DNA from: Calditrichaceae bacterium
Lineage (GTDB): Bacteria; Calditrichota; Calditrichia; Calditrichales; JBFXGD01
Assembly (NCBI GenBank): GCA_050178385.1
Contig: JBFXGD010000018.1
Coordinates: forward strand, 1-37,885
Reading direction: 5' to 3'
Length of the DNA: 37,885 bases
Both the position numbers and the translations under genes were made by a program. The notes below the pieces were generated by a model that did not search any database, was not told the origin of the DNA, and worked only from the letters and a program-made list of their open reading frames with translations. Below, piece by piece: positions 27,883 through 37,172 of this stretch. How positions within the stretch are numbered: the stretch's first letter is position 1; each line of letters starts with the position of its first letter.

Positions 27883-29762
27883 ACATGAACAATCTTGACA
27901 ACTATAAGCTTCAGGAAAGAGCTTTTCTCTTCGCAGGGATTATATTTCTTCTGTTTATGGTCCTGATTTACGGATTTATCCGCCTACAGTTTATACGTAA
28001 AGATATCTATGTTCAGAAATCTATCGAAAACAGTGTTCGGAAAATTCAAAGCTATCCGGTTCGCGGTTTGATCCGTGACAAAAATGGAAAAATTCTCGTT
28101 GATAACCGTCCGTCTTTTTCTGCTGCTGTGATCCCAAAAGTGGTTAGTAAAGAGAGCCTATCATTCCTGTCAAAGGAACTTAATATCGATGAAAGCAGCA
28201 TAAAAGAAAAAATGTTCAAGAACTATGGTTTCAGAGCAGTCATTGTTGATCGTGACATAGAGTACAACCAGGTTATCGAACTTGAAGAGAACCGGCTAAA
28301 ATTACCCGGCGTCATGACAATTGTTGAACCGAAACGTTATTATGTTGAAGGAGTGATGTCGCCACATCTATTCGGTTCACTGGGAGAAGTGACAACATCT
28401 GAGCAAAACAAGAATAATGTCTATGATTCAGGCGACCTTATAGGGAAGACCGGGATTGAAAAACTATATGATCTGGATTTGCGTGGCATAAAAGGAGCGC
28501 ATTTCCTGCGTGTTGATGCATCCGGCCGTGAAAAAGGAAGTTTTAATACCGAAAGGGACATTCCCTCTGTACACGGCAGTGATATCTATTTGTACATGGA
28601 TTATTCGATGCAGCAATTTGCTGAATCCCTGATGGTCGATTATCGTGGCTCTCTGGTTGCAATTGATGTCCGGAACGGCGGTGTTCTTGCCTTAGTCAGT
28701 AAACCCGATTTTGATCCCCGTCTTTTGACCGGCAAAATCGATCCCCAGGTCTGGAGGGATTTACAAACAGATGAAAGCCATCCATTATACAGCCGCGCGA
28801 TTCAAAGCGTATATCCACCCGGTTCCACTTATAAGATTGTGGCGGCAATAGCAGCTTTACAGGAGGGGATTATAACTCCATCCTGGAAAGCCACCTGTCC
28901 CGGTTATTTTCAAATTGGCAGAAAAACCATAAAATGCTGGAACGCAAAAGGACATGGCACAATTGATCTTATTGACGCCATTAGAGGATCATGCAATGTA
29001 TATTTTTATCAACTTGGCTTAAAAATCGGACTTGACACCTGGTCAAAATACAGTACAATGTTCGGATTCGGAAGTCTTACAGGGATTGATTTGCCGAATG
29101 AAAGTAACGGATTAGTGCCTACTACTGAATTTTTTAACCGCCGATATGGTCTAAACGGATGGACACGGGGCAATTTGGCTAATCTTGCGATTGGTCAGGG
29201 TGAACTTTTGGTAACACCGCTGCAATTGGCTCAATTTGCGATGATTCTTGCAAATAAAGGTGTCTATCACTCTCCGCATCTTGTAGACCACATTTATAAT
29301 TATTCTACAAGTTCCACTGTCAAATTTCCCTCCGACACCAAATATGTCACCGGAGTATCCGATGAAGTTTATGATACCATCAGAGAAGGCATGCGGCAGG
29401 TAGTCGACGGGGGTACCGGATGGCATGGCAAGGTACCAGGGATTGAAATGGCAGGAAAAACGGGCACCGCACAAAATCCACATGGTGATTCACATGCCTG
29501 GTTTATGGCTTTTGCTCCCTATGAACGTCCCGAAGTTGCCATTTCGGTAATTATTGAAAACGGCGGAGGAGGAGGGGCGATTGCTGCGCCAATCGCCCGG
29601 CAATTTCTTGAAAAGTATTTTTTTAACCGGCTGATTCCCAGGTACGTTCCTCAAAAAGCGACAAACGGCTTGCTACCGAATTCAGATTTAGCTCCATTCA
29701 ATATCGACCTGATTCAACCAATGCAAATTCTATCACCGGAGGGAACTCCTATAAATGAATAA
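27879..29762 (+). CDS. mrdA: Penicillin-binding protein 2
   Basis: RGLIRD, SxxK (PGSTYK), SCN, KTG motifs. Confidence 0.95.
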   Translation: MNMNNLDNYKLQERAFLFAGIIFLLFMVLIYGFIRLQFIRKDIYVQKSIENSVRKIQSYPVRGLIRDKNGKILVDNRPSFSAAVIPKVVSKESLSFLSKELNIDESSIKEKMFKNYGFRAVIVDRDIEYNQVIELEENRLKLPGVMTIVEPKRYYVEGVMSPHLFGSLGEVTTSEQNKNNVYDSGDLIGKTGIEKLYDLDLRGIKGAHFLRVDASGREKGSFNTERDIPSVHGSDIYLYMDYSMQQFAESLMVDYRGSLVAIDVRNGGVLALVSKPDFDPRLLTGKIDPQVWRDLQTDESHPLYSRAIQSVYPPGSTYKIVAAIAALQEGIITPSWKATCPGYFQIGRKTIKCWNAKGHGTIDLIDAIRGSCNVYFYQLGLKIGLDTWSKYSTMFGFGSLTGIDLPNESNGLVPTTEFFNRRYGLNGWTRGNLANLAIGQGELLVTPLQLAQFAMILANKGVYHSPHLVDHIYNYSTSSTVKFPSDTKYVTGVSDEVYDTIREGMRQVVDGGTGWHGKVPGIEMAGKTGTAQNPHGDSHAWFMAFAPYERPEVAISVIIENGGGGGAIAAPIARQFLEKYFFNRLIPRYVPQKATNGLLPNSDLAPFNIDLIQPMQILSPEGTPINE

Positions 29763-30975
29763 ATCATTCCTTACAAAACTGGATTTTGCACTTTTGTCTA
29801 CTGTTCTTATTCTTCTCACAATTGGTCTGATTGCAGTCTATAGCGCGACTTATTCTCCGGACATCGAAAATAACAGTTATTTTGAAAAACAATTAACTTT
29901 TGCAGTTTTTGGATTAATTCTCCTTCTGGTAACATCTTTTATGCCTTTCAGGGTTATCCAAAAAATGTCTTATCCACTTTATATAATCAGCATTATCCTT
30001 CTTATATTAGTGATGTTTTTTGGTGTACGCGGTTTTGGCGCCGAACGGTGGCTTTCAATCGGTCCTCTCAAGCTGCAACCGTCTGAATTTGCCAAAATCG
30101 CGACGGTTCTCGCCGTTGCCCGGTATCTTTCCACCAGAGAAGCAAATGTTAACCGTTTCAAATATCTTGCCGGTACATCGGCCATCATATTATTACCCTT
30201 CGTGCTTATTGTCCAGCAACCGGATCTCGGCACATCGTTGGTTTTTTTGGTCATTCTGATTCCATTAGTGTATTGGGCAGGCCTGAGCTGGTTTGCATTA
30301 TTCGTAATCCTTTTTCCGCTTGCTACGGTATTGCTCTCCTTTAATTTCTATACATTCCTCATCTGGATGGCTGTTGTTTTATTCATTCTCCTGCTGTCCA
30401 AGAGAAGTATTTACATCAGTGTGGCGGTATTTCTAATTCATATAAGCGTCGGTATGATCACACCCGCGCTTTGGGGCCAATTAAAGCCTTATCAGCAGCA
30501 GAGAATTTTAACCTTTGCAAACCCTGAAGCTGATCCGAAGGGGGCCGGATATCAGATTATTCAGAGCCAGGTTGCCATTGGCTCCGGAGGAATTTGGGGG
30601 AAGGGATTTCTTGAGGGTTCCCAGACACATCTGAAATTTTTACCCGCGCAGCATACAGATTTTATTTTTTCTGTTATCGGTGAAGAATGGGGATTTACGG
30701 GAATAGTATTTGTATTGTCTATCTTTCTTGTATTGCTGCTCTACATGCTCCATCTTGGAACAATTGTACGATCAAAATATTCCAGTATTGTTATTATCGG
30801 TGTAATGACGATATTATTTTTTCATATTTTCATCAACATTGGTATGACAGCGGGATTAGCCCCGGTCACCGGATTGCCGTTACCGTTTATCAGTTACGGA
30901 GGATCATTTCTGATATCCACACTTCTGATGATTGGGATTGTCATGAATCTATCCGTCAACCGATATTTAGACTGA
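29755..30975 (+). CDS. rodA: Rod shape-determining protein RodA (SEDS)
   Basis: Motifs QPSEFAK, QPDLGT, HTDFIF..IGEEWG, LPFISYGGS. Confidence 0.95.
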   Translation: MNKSFLTKLDFALLSTVLILLTIGLIAVYSATYSPDIENNSYFEKQLTFAVFGLILLLVTSFMPFRVIQKMSYPLYIISIILLILVMFFGVRGFGAERWLSIGPLKLQPSEFAKIATVLAVARYLSTREANVNRFKYLAGTSAIILLPFVLIVQQPDLGTSLVFLVILIPLVYWAGLSWFALFVILFPLATVLLSFNFYTFLIWMAVVLFILLLSKRSIYISVAVFLIHISVGMITPALWGQLKPYQQQRILTFANPEADPKGAGYQIIQSQVAIGSGGIWGKGFLEGSQTHLKFLPAQHTDFIFSVIGEEWGFTGIVFVLSIFLVLLLYMLHLGTIVRSKYSSIVIIGVMTILFFHIFINIGMTAGLAPVTGLPLPFISYGGSFLISTLLMIGIVMNLSVNRYLD

Positions 30976-31006
30976 TGATTTAACTTGTTTAAAGTTAATA
31001 AATTAA

Positions 31007-31035
31007 TTGACTTAATTATTTTGCATTCATAAATT
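31007..31035 (+). promoter_or_regulatory. sigma70-type promoter TTGACT-N17-TAAATT
   Basis: Upstream of the AGGAGG SD and ATG 31070. Confidence 0.55.
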
Positions 31036-31069
31036 CTTATCATCTTTCTTTTATCCAGCAGGAGGAACC

Positions 31070-31918
31070 ATGCGGAACAGATTACCATTTATTTTAATCA
31101 TTTTTGTCTTTTCATTTTTCCTTATACAAGGATGTTCGGGATCCCGGAAAGGCGACAATGGTAATGGAACGACAGACGCTGAGAATCAGAACAAAGAACT
31201 TGATGATATTGAAGCATTGTTGGGAATCACCCCTGAAGAAAGCGACAGGCCAGCAGCTAAAACGCCGGGAACCAATGATGAAAAGTTAAAACTCCTGGAA
31301 ACGAATGAGATGCTTTCCGCGTCAGAGGCCAGCAGCATGAACGCAGCGCCGGCAGTTTCTCCCGCTGAAAAAAGACAGATGGAACAAAAAATCAGTCAGT
31401 TGGAATCTCAGATCAGAGAAAAAGATCTAATTATTGCAGATTTAAGAGCAAAAAACAGCCTGAAAGAAGATGAACTGCAGAAAAAATCATCTGCTTACGG
31501 CTCTGGCAGCGGATATAGCGGTGTAATAAGCGATATCTCCCCGGAAGAATATCAGGCCCGGTATGACGAGGGTAGATCGGCATTTGAATCAAGAAACTAT
31601 GAATTAGCCGTTCAGCTCTTTGAATCTCTTCTTTCAAGCAGCGCAACACATTCACTGTCCGACAATGCTCAGTTCTGGATTGGCGAATCTCATTATGCGC
31701 TAAGAAGATACGATCAGGCGATAATTGACTTCGAAAAGGTGTTTACGTTTGCAAATTCCAACAAGAAAGATGACGCTCAGTTTAAACTCGGAGTGTGCTA
31801 CCTGAAAAAAGGTGATAATACCAAAGCCCGGGAAGAGTTTCAACGAGTTATAACAGATTTTCCAAAAAGCGAATATGTGAACAAAGTAAATAAAATTCTA
31901 TCGCAAATTAAAGGTTAA
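31070..31918 (+). CDS. CpoB/YbgF-like TPR lipoprotein
   Basis: Lipobox IQGC, coiled coil, C-terminal TPRs (SDNAQFWIGE, DAQFKLG, FPKS). Confidence 0.8.
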   Translation: MRNRLPFILIIFVFSFFLIQGCSGSRKGDNGNGTTDAENQNKELDDIEALLGITPEESDRPAAKTPGTNDEKLKLLETNEMLSASEASSMNAAPAVSPAEKRQMEQKISQLESQIREKDLIIADLRAKNSLKEDELQKKSSAYGSGSGYSGVISDISPEEYQARYDEGRSAFESRNYELAVQLFESLLSSSATHSLSDNAQFWIGESHYALRRYDQAIIDFEKVFTFANSNKKDDAQFKLGVCYLKKGDNTKAREEFQRVITDFPKSEYVNKVNKILSQIKG

Positions 31919-32135
31919 TGATAGATTCAATTGATTCCGTGGAATATGATTTTTCATAAAGATCAATAATCCGCACCAATCTACGGTAACCGTACGGTGT
32001 CAGTTTCTGTGTGATACCATCATTTACAGGGAATAATAACCCTAGGTGAATGAATTTTATAATAAGATTTTCGTTAACAGCCAGGGCATTAGCGGCTTCA
32101 TTTATTGGAATCAGGTGATTTTGAAATAAGTTCAT
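31908..32135 (-). CDS. Small MerR-like helix-turn-helix protein
   Basis: INEAANALAV...I..F...GLL.P pattern; GAGGA SD at 32140-32144; 11-bp tail-to-tail overlap with the neighbouring gene. Confidence 0.6.
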   Translation of the reverse strand: MNLFQNHLIPINEAANALAVNENLIIKFIHLGLLFPVNDGITQKLTPYGYRRLVRIIDLYEKSYSTESIESIINL

Positions 32136-32162
32136 AGTATCCTCAAGATTAAATTTTTATCC

Positions 32163-32236
32163 GGGGCAGTGGCTCAGTTGGTTAGAGCGCTACGTTCACA
32201 TCGTAGAGGTCAGGGGTTCAAATCCCTTCTGCCCCA
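32163..32236 (+). tRNA. tRNA-Val (anticodon CAC), CCA not encoded
   Basis: Acceptor GGGGCAG/CTGCCCC, D-arm GCTC/GAGC, anticodon arm CTACG-TTCACAT-CGTAG, T-arm AGGGG-TTCAAAT-CCCTT, discriminator A followed by CT. Confidence 0.96.
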
Positions 32237-32427
32237 CTTTTCTTCAATATACCCTTCGCTTTTCAGAAATAATTGATCTGAAGCAATTTTCTTATATAAT
32301 TTTTGTTACAAAATTCATCTGACTTATTATTTCTTAATCGTAAAAATTGAAGCTGGATTCAAACCGTCTGGTGTGTATTAAGCTATTCGTTCATTCTTCT
32401 AATAATCGCGGGGAAAATGCGGGAAAT

Positions 32428-32469
32428 AAAAAGAGGAGGGAGACTAAACGGGAGATAAAGCCCCCCTCC
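32428..32469 (-). terminator. Intrinsic terminator after ftsZ
   Basis: On the minus strand GGAGGGGGGCT-13-nt loop-AGTCTCCCTCC-TCTTTTT. Confidence 0.7.
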
Positions 32470-32477
32470 ATGGTCAA

Positions 32478-33665
32478 TCAATCCATTTGTTTTCGAAGAA
32501 AGGTCGGAATATCTAAATCATCCGGACCTTCCGGCAAATCCTTTTCCGGCATTGTAAAGATATTTATTTGTCCTTTTGTAGCCTGAGTTTTGTCAATCCG
32601 TCTATTCTCGCGCAAATAGGTAGGTTTATCTAAGTTAGTAAAATCAGTCGGCTCGTATTCTTTCTTCTTAGTTTCCTTTGGGCGCTGAAGATCTCCGGCC
32701 TGTTGGGCTTCTTTATTAAAACCGGTTGCGATCACAGTTACCCGGACTTCGTCGGAAAGCTCTTCATCAATGACCATACCCCAAATAACATTCGCATTCT
32801 CACCGGATGATTTTTGTATCAGGCTTGCCGCTTCTCCGACTTCATGCATTGTCAGGGTAGCGCCACCCGTAATATTTATAAGAATTCCCCGGGCGCCTCC
32901 TATTTGCGCACCGTCCAACAGCGGACTTGTTATAGCCTGTTCAGCCGCAGAGATTGCCCTATTTTCTCCAACTCCGACACCGGTACCCATTAATGCATCT
33001 CCCATTCCGGCCATGATGGTCCGGACATCCGCAAAATCCAGGTTTATGTATCCGTGAACATTTATGAGATCGGAAATGCTCCGAGTCGCTTCGAGAAGTA
33101 TAGAGTCCACTACTTTAAAGGCCGAAATGACCGGCGTATTTTTCTCAATGATCGAAAATATCCGTTCGTTTGGAATGATGATCATCGTATCGACGCGGTC
33201 ACGCATAACATCCGCTCCGCGGAGAGCATTTCTGCTTCTTACCGGGCCTTCAAAATTAAATGGCATTGTGGCAATTGCCACTGTCAGGGCTCCAATGTCT
33301 TTTGCAATTTCGGCGACAATCGGGGCTGCTCCCGTTCCGGTACCTCCACCCATGCCGCATGTCACAAAGACCATATCCGCGCCATTGAGGGTATTAATAA
33401 CCAGCTCCTTGTCTTCTTCAATAGCCCTGAGACCAATTTCGGGATTTGCACCCGCGCCTAATCCTTTGGTCAGATTCTTCCCGATCTGGATTCGTGTTTT
33501 TGCTTTGCTTTTTTCCAGATCCTGCGCGTCCGTATTGATAGCTATAAATTCAACACCCGATAAACCGGCATCAATCATGCCGTTAATCGCGTTCCCGCCG
33601 GCTCCCCCGACTCCAATTACTTTTATCCTGGCCGATTGTTCGGCTGAAGCATCAAACTGTATCAT
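32478..33665 (-). CDS. ftsZ: Cell division protein FtsZ
   Basis: Motifs IKVIGVGGAGGNA, GMGGGTGTG, INLDFAD, C-terminal DIPTFLRKQ. ATG 33665 follows the GGGAG SD. Confidence 0.98.
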   Translation of the reverse strand: MIQFDASAEQSARIKVIGVGGAGGNAINGMIDAGLSGVEFIAINTDAQDLEKSKAKTRIQIGKNLTKGLGAGANPEIGLRAIEEDKELVINTLNGADMVFVTCGMGGGTGTGAAPIVAEIAKDIGALTVAIATMPFNFEGPVRSRNALRGADVMRDRVDTMIIIPNERIFSIIEKNTPVISAFKVVDSILLEATRSISDLINVHGYINLDFADVRTIMAGMGDALMGTGVGVGENRAISAAEQAITSPLLDGAQIGGARGILINITGGATLTMHEVGEAASLIQKSSGENANVIWGMVIDEELSDEVRVTVIATGFNKEAQQAGDLQRPKETKKKEYEPTDFTNLDKPTYLRENRRIDKTQATKGQINIFTMPEKDLPEGPDDLDIPTFLRKQMD

Positions 33666-33705
33666 GATTTTCTCCCGTTTTATGATACCTATATTGATTT
33701 CAAAA

Positions 33706-34935
33706 TTATTTAAACAGATTATCAAACATGTTTTTTAATCGTTCAATAATCCAGCTGTATCCCGGTTGACTTTCTATCTGGACATCTTCGCCATGCTGAA
33801 GTCCATAATAAATTAAGCCCACTCCTGTCGCGTAAATCGGACTTCTAACTGTTTCCACAAGCCCTCCCTTGACGATAGGAGTTCCAATTTTTACAGGCAT
33901 TCCCATAACCTGTTCAGCCAACTCAACAGTGCCTTCCAGCATTGAAGCCCCACCGGTCAAAACTATTCCCGCACCCATGGAATCGATCATACCTGATCTT
34001 TCAATCTCCCGCAGCGCAAGCTGAAACATTTCTTCCATCCGGGGCTGGATTATGGCTGAAAGAACACTCCTCGAAATTTCTCTCGGAGCTCTGCCACCGA
34101 CTCCCGGGACTTGTATCAGATCATCTTTCTCGAGCATCGTCTGCATCGCTATTCCATATTTTTTCTTTATTTCTTCCGCCTGCTCCATAGGAGTTCTCAA
34201 TCCCTGAGAGAGATCGCTTGTAACATGCTGCCCACCTAAACCTATCACCGATGTAAAACGGATGCTGCCGTCAAAAAACATGGCGATATCAGTCGTTCCA
34301 CCCCCAATATCCATGATACATACACCAAGATCCTTTTCATCGGAATCCAACACAGCCAGGCTTGACGCATAAGGCTCGAGGACAATATCGGCTACTTCAT
34401 AACCGGCTTCATGGATACAATTTACGATATTTTGCGCCGAAGCCGCCGCTGCTGTAACTATGTGCACCTCCGATTCCAGGCGAACACCTGCCATTCCTAT
34501 CGGACTTTTTATACCGTCCTGATCATCGACAATAAATTCCTGAGGCAGAACATGAAGAATCTCACGGTCCATCGGTAACGCGATCGCTTTAGCCGCATTG
34601 ATCACACGATCCACATCTTCCTGTACGATGACCCTGTCTTTCCCGCTTACCGCAATGACCCCTTTACTGTTGATGGACCGGATATGATCACCGGCAATTC
34701 CGGCATAAACTTTGGTGATTTCGTGACCCGCCATCAATTCAGCCTGTTGGGTTGCTTTATGGATAGATTCCACCGTTTTTTTAATATTTATGACAACTCC
34801 GCGCCTCAACCCCTGGGAAGGATACTGTCCCACACCAATAATATTAATATTATCGTATTGGTCCTTCCTTCCTACCACCGCCGCAATCTTCGTTGTGCCG
34901 ATATCTAATCCCACAATAATTTCATCAGTGCTCAT
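33706..34935 (-). CDS. ftsA: Cell division protein FtsA
   Basis: Motifs GLDIGTTK, DIGGGTTD, AEEIKK.YG, LTGGAS. ATG 34935 follows GAGG. Confidence 0.96.
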   Translation of the reverse strand: MSTDEIIVGLDIGTTKIAAVVGRKDQYDNINIIGVGQYPSQGLRRGVVINIKKTVESIHKATQQAELMAGHEITKVYAGIAGDHIRSINSKGVIAVSGKDRVIVQEDVDRVINAAKAIALPMDREILHVLPQEFIVDDQDGIKSPIGMAGVRLESEVHIVTAAAASAQNIVNCIHEAGYEVADIVLEPYASSLAVLDSDEKDLGVCIMDIGGGTTDIAMFFDGSIRFTSVIGLGGQHVTSDLSQGLRTPMEQAEEIKKKYGIAMQTMLEKDDLIQVPGVGGRAPREISRSVLSAIIQPRMEEMFQLALREIERSGMIDSMGAGIVLTGGASMLEGTVELAEQVMGMPVKIGTPIVKGGLVETVRSPIYATGVGLIYYGLQHGEDVQIESQPGYSWIIERLKNMFDNLFK

Positions 34936-35002
34936 ATTTCTTTCCTCACAGCGAAAGCTTTTCAATTCGTTATTATAAATTCAAAACTTTTATCAAATTA
35001 TT

Positions 35003-35779
35003 TTAACTTTTTTTCTCTTTTACAATTAACTGATCTTTAAATCTAATATCTATGTATGCAAGATTTTTTAGCTGATTCCAATCAATATAATTTTCAAGAT
35101 ATTGAGCAAAGTAATACAGATTATCCTGATAATTATCATAGTTCATGTAAACCTCCGCCCCTCCTTTAACCAGAAGTAACTTCAGGTGTTTGGAGTTCCC
35201 CATATCCAGCTCTGAAATCAATTCTTCAATGGGGGATACCATCATTTTTAAATACGAGAGCATCTCTATGCCGCGCAATGCTTTTTTTGAAGTCGTTCGT
35301 GAACCCAACTCACCAAGCGGTTCCTTAACACCAGTGATAAAAGGCAGATTCCACTGGTGGTTATTTTCCGGGATTGGCATCAGCATTCCTTCATCATCAA
35401 CCAGATTTAAACCCTTTCCATGAATAAATGCAATCGGCTCCCGCTCAACAATTACGATTCTAAGCGTCGAAGGCAAACTTCTTACCGCGCTTGCTCCCTT
35501 TATATAATGAGATTTCTTTAATTTAGTAACTATATCAACAGGTCTGATTTTTAGCAGCTGCTCCTTCCCTTGTTTTAGACCGCATAACTTCAGAACATCC
35601 TGTTCCGAAAGAATATTATTTCCTTTGATATCTATATCTTCGAGCTTAAATGTCGCAAGGGATATCTGCAGATGATTGTTGATCTTCTGATAACCATAGG
35701 CAGCCAGGGACATCAGTAAAATTACCAGGATGTAGATCGCTGATGATTTAACCGGGAGTTTTTTTCTTTTGCGATTCAT
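35003..35779 (-). CDS. ftsQ: Cell division protein FtsQ/DivIB
   Basis: Basic N-terminus + TM, POTRA-like (IKGN...P..L.I.IVER.P), C-terminal YIDIRF; synteny. Confidence 0.88.
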   Translation of the reverse strand: MNRKRKKLPVKSSAIYILVILLMSLAAYGYQKINNHLQISLATFKLEDIDIKGNNILSEQDVLKLCGLKQGKEQLLKIRPVDIVTKLKKSHYIKGASAVRSLPSTLRIVIVEREPIAFIHGKGLNLVDDEGMLMPIPENNHQWNLPFITGVKEPLGELGSRTTSKKALRGIEMLSYLKMMVSPIEELISELDMGNSKHLKLLLVKGGAEVYMNYDNYQDNLYYFAQYLENYIDWNQLKNLAYIDIRFKDQLIVKEKKS

Positions 35780-35780
35780 T

Positions 35781-37163
35781 CTAAACGCTCATCTCATTTA
35801 TTGTTTTTTCACCGTAAACCCAAATATCACCGGCACCCATAGTGATCACCATATCACCCGCTTTTATAATACTTTTTAAAAATGACGGAACATCTGTTTT
35901 ATCACGTATATAATAAACAGCATTATGACCGGATTTTAGAAGTTCTTTACTGATCATTTCGGCATCAATTCCGGGAATCGCTTCCTCCCTCGCCGGATAG
36001 ATTCCGGTTATGACAACCACATCCGCCGGCTTGAGTGACTCCGCAAACTCTATATAAAAATCGCGTGTTCGTGAATACAAATGTGGCTGAAACACGGCCA
36101 CAATTCTTCGGCTCCACCCATTTTGGGCCCCGCAGATAGTTGCCTTTATTTCAGAAGGATGATGAGCATAGTCATCCACAAACATAATATCATCAACCAT
36201 TTTCTTAATTTCGAACCTTCTATCCACTCCCTCGAATTTTTCAAGCGCCTTTTGCAATTTTTTAAACGGAATTTCCATTTCCATGGCCATCGCGATTACA
36301 GCAAGAGAATTTTTCACATTGTGCTCACCCGGCAGATTAATGTTCACTGTTCCCAATGGTTTATCGTTACAAATCACATCGAAAACCGCGCTGTTTTTGT
36401 TATACCGGATATTCACAGCCCTGATATCCGCATCTTTATTGATTCCGTAGGAAATCACGGTAGCGGTCATCTCGGGGATCATTTTTTTCAGTCTGACATC
36501 ATCAGCGCATACAATAACTGAACCATCAAACGGAACCTGATTTGCAAAACGCAGAAATGTGTTCTCCAGGTCTGTAATATCGCTGTATATATCTAAATGA
36601 ACCGCTTCAAGATTTGTAATTATGGCGATTTTAGGATACAAAGCCAGAAACGACCGGTCATACTCATCCGCTTCAGTGACCATAAACTGCCCTTGCCCTA
36701 ACCTTGCATTTGTGTGCAAATTTTTTAATCTTCCGCCCACTATCACGGTAGGATCAAGTCCCGTTTCTATCAAGACATGTCCCGCCATGGAAGTCGTGGT
36801 TGTTTTTCCATGTGTTCCAGCAACGGCTATCCCAAATTTCATCGACATTAACTGGCCAAGCATCTCGGCGCGGCGAATTAATGGGATTCCTCTGCGTTTA
36901 GCCTCTAATATTTCCGGATTATCCTTTTTTGCGGCAGATGTATATACCAATAAATCAACTTCCTTTAAATTTTCCGCCGAATGACCTTCATATATTACCG
37001 CGCCTTTTTGTTTAAGATAGTCGGTCAGCGCCGAAAGTTGCTGATCTGATCCGCTGACACGGTGTCCCAGCTCAAGAAGAATTTCGGCAATACCGCTCAT
37101 CCCAATCCCGCCGATTCCCACAAAATGTATTTGCTTTATTCTGTTATAAATACTCACTGACAA
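35781..37163 (-). CDS. murC: UDP-N-acetylmuramate--L-alanine ligase
   Basis: Motifs HFVGIGGIGMSG, GTHGKTTT, EADE, DDYAHHP, FQPHLYSRT. GTG 37157 is an alternative start. Confidence 0.96.
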   Translation of the reverse strand: MSVSIYNRIKQIHFVGIGGIGMSGIAEILLELGHRVSGSDQQLSALTDYLKQKGAVIYEGHSAENLKEVDLLVYTSAAKKDNPEILEAKRRGIPLIRRAEMLGQLMSMKFGIAVAGTHGKTTTTSMAGHVLIETGLDPTVIVGGRLKNLHTNARLGQGQFMVTEADEYDRSFLALYPKIAIITNLEAVHLDIYSDITDLENTFLRFANQVPFDGSVIVCADDVRLKKMIPEMTATVISYGINKDADIRAVNIRYNKNSAVFDVICNDKPLGTVNINLPGEHNVKNSLAVIAMAMEMEIPFKKLQKALEKFEGVDRRFEIKKMVDDIMFVDDYAHHPSEIKATICGAQNGWSRRIVAVFQPHLYSRTRDFYIEFAESLKPADVVVITGIYPAREEAIPGIDAEMISKELLKSGHNAVYYIRDKTDVPSFLKSIIKAGDMVITMGAGDIWVYGEKTINEMSV

Positions 37164-37172
37164 CCTTATTTG

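Noticed and set aside
32237..32427. Integrated element or att site at tRNA-Val, including the GCGGGGAAAATGCGGGAAA direct repeat
   Set aside because: No integrase and no duplicated tRNA 3' end noticed; the repeat is too short to support a call.
32347..32586. 79-aa + strand ORF
   Set aside because: Crosses the ftsZ terminator and overlaps ftsZ antisense; no clear SD.
33064..33738. 224-aa + strand ORF
   Set aside because: Antisense shadow of ftsZ. The other nested ORFs inside icd, serA, purH, mreB, murC and similar genes are rejected for the same reason.
35003..37163. murB/ddl missing between murC and ftsQ
   Set aside because: The murC-ftsQ-ftsA-ftsZ order is common in Bacteroidetes-like dcw clusters.
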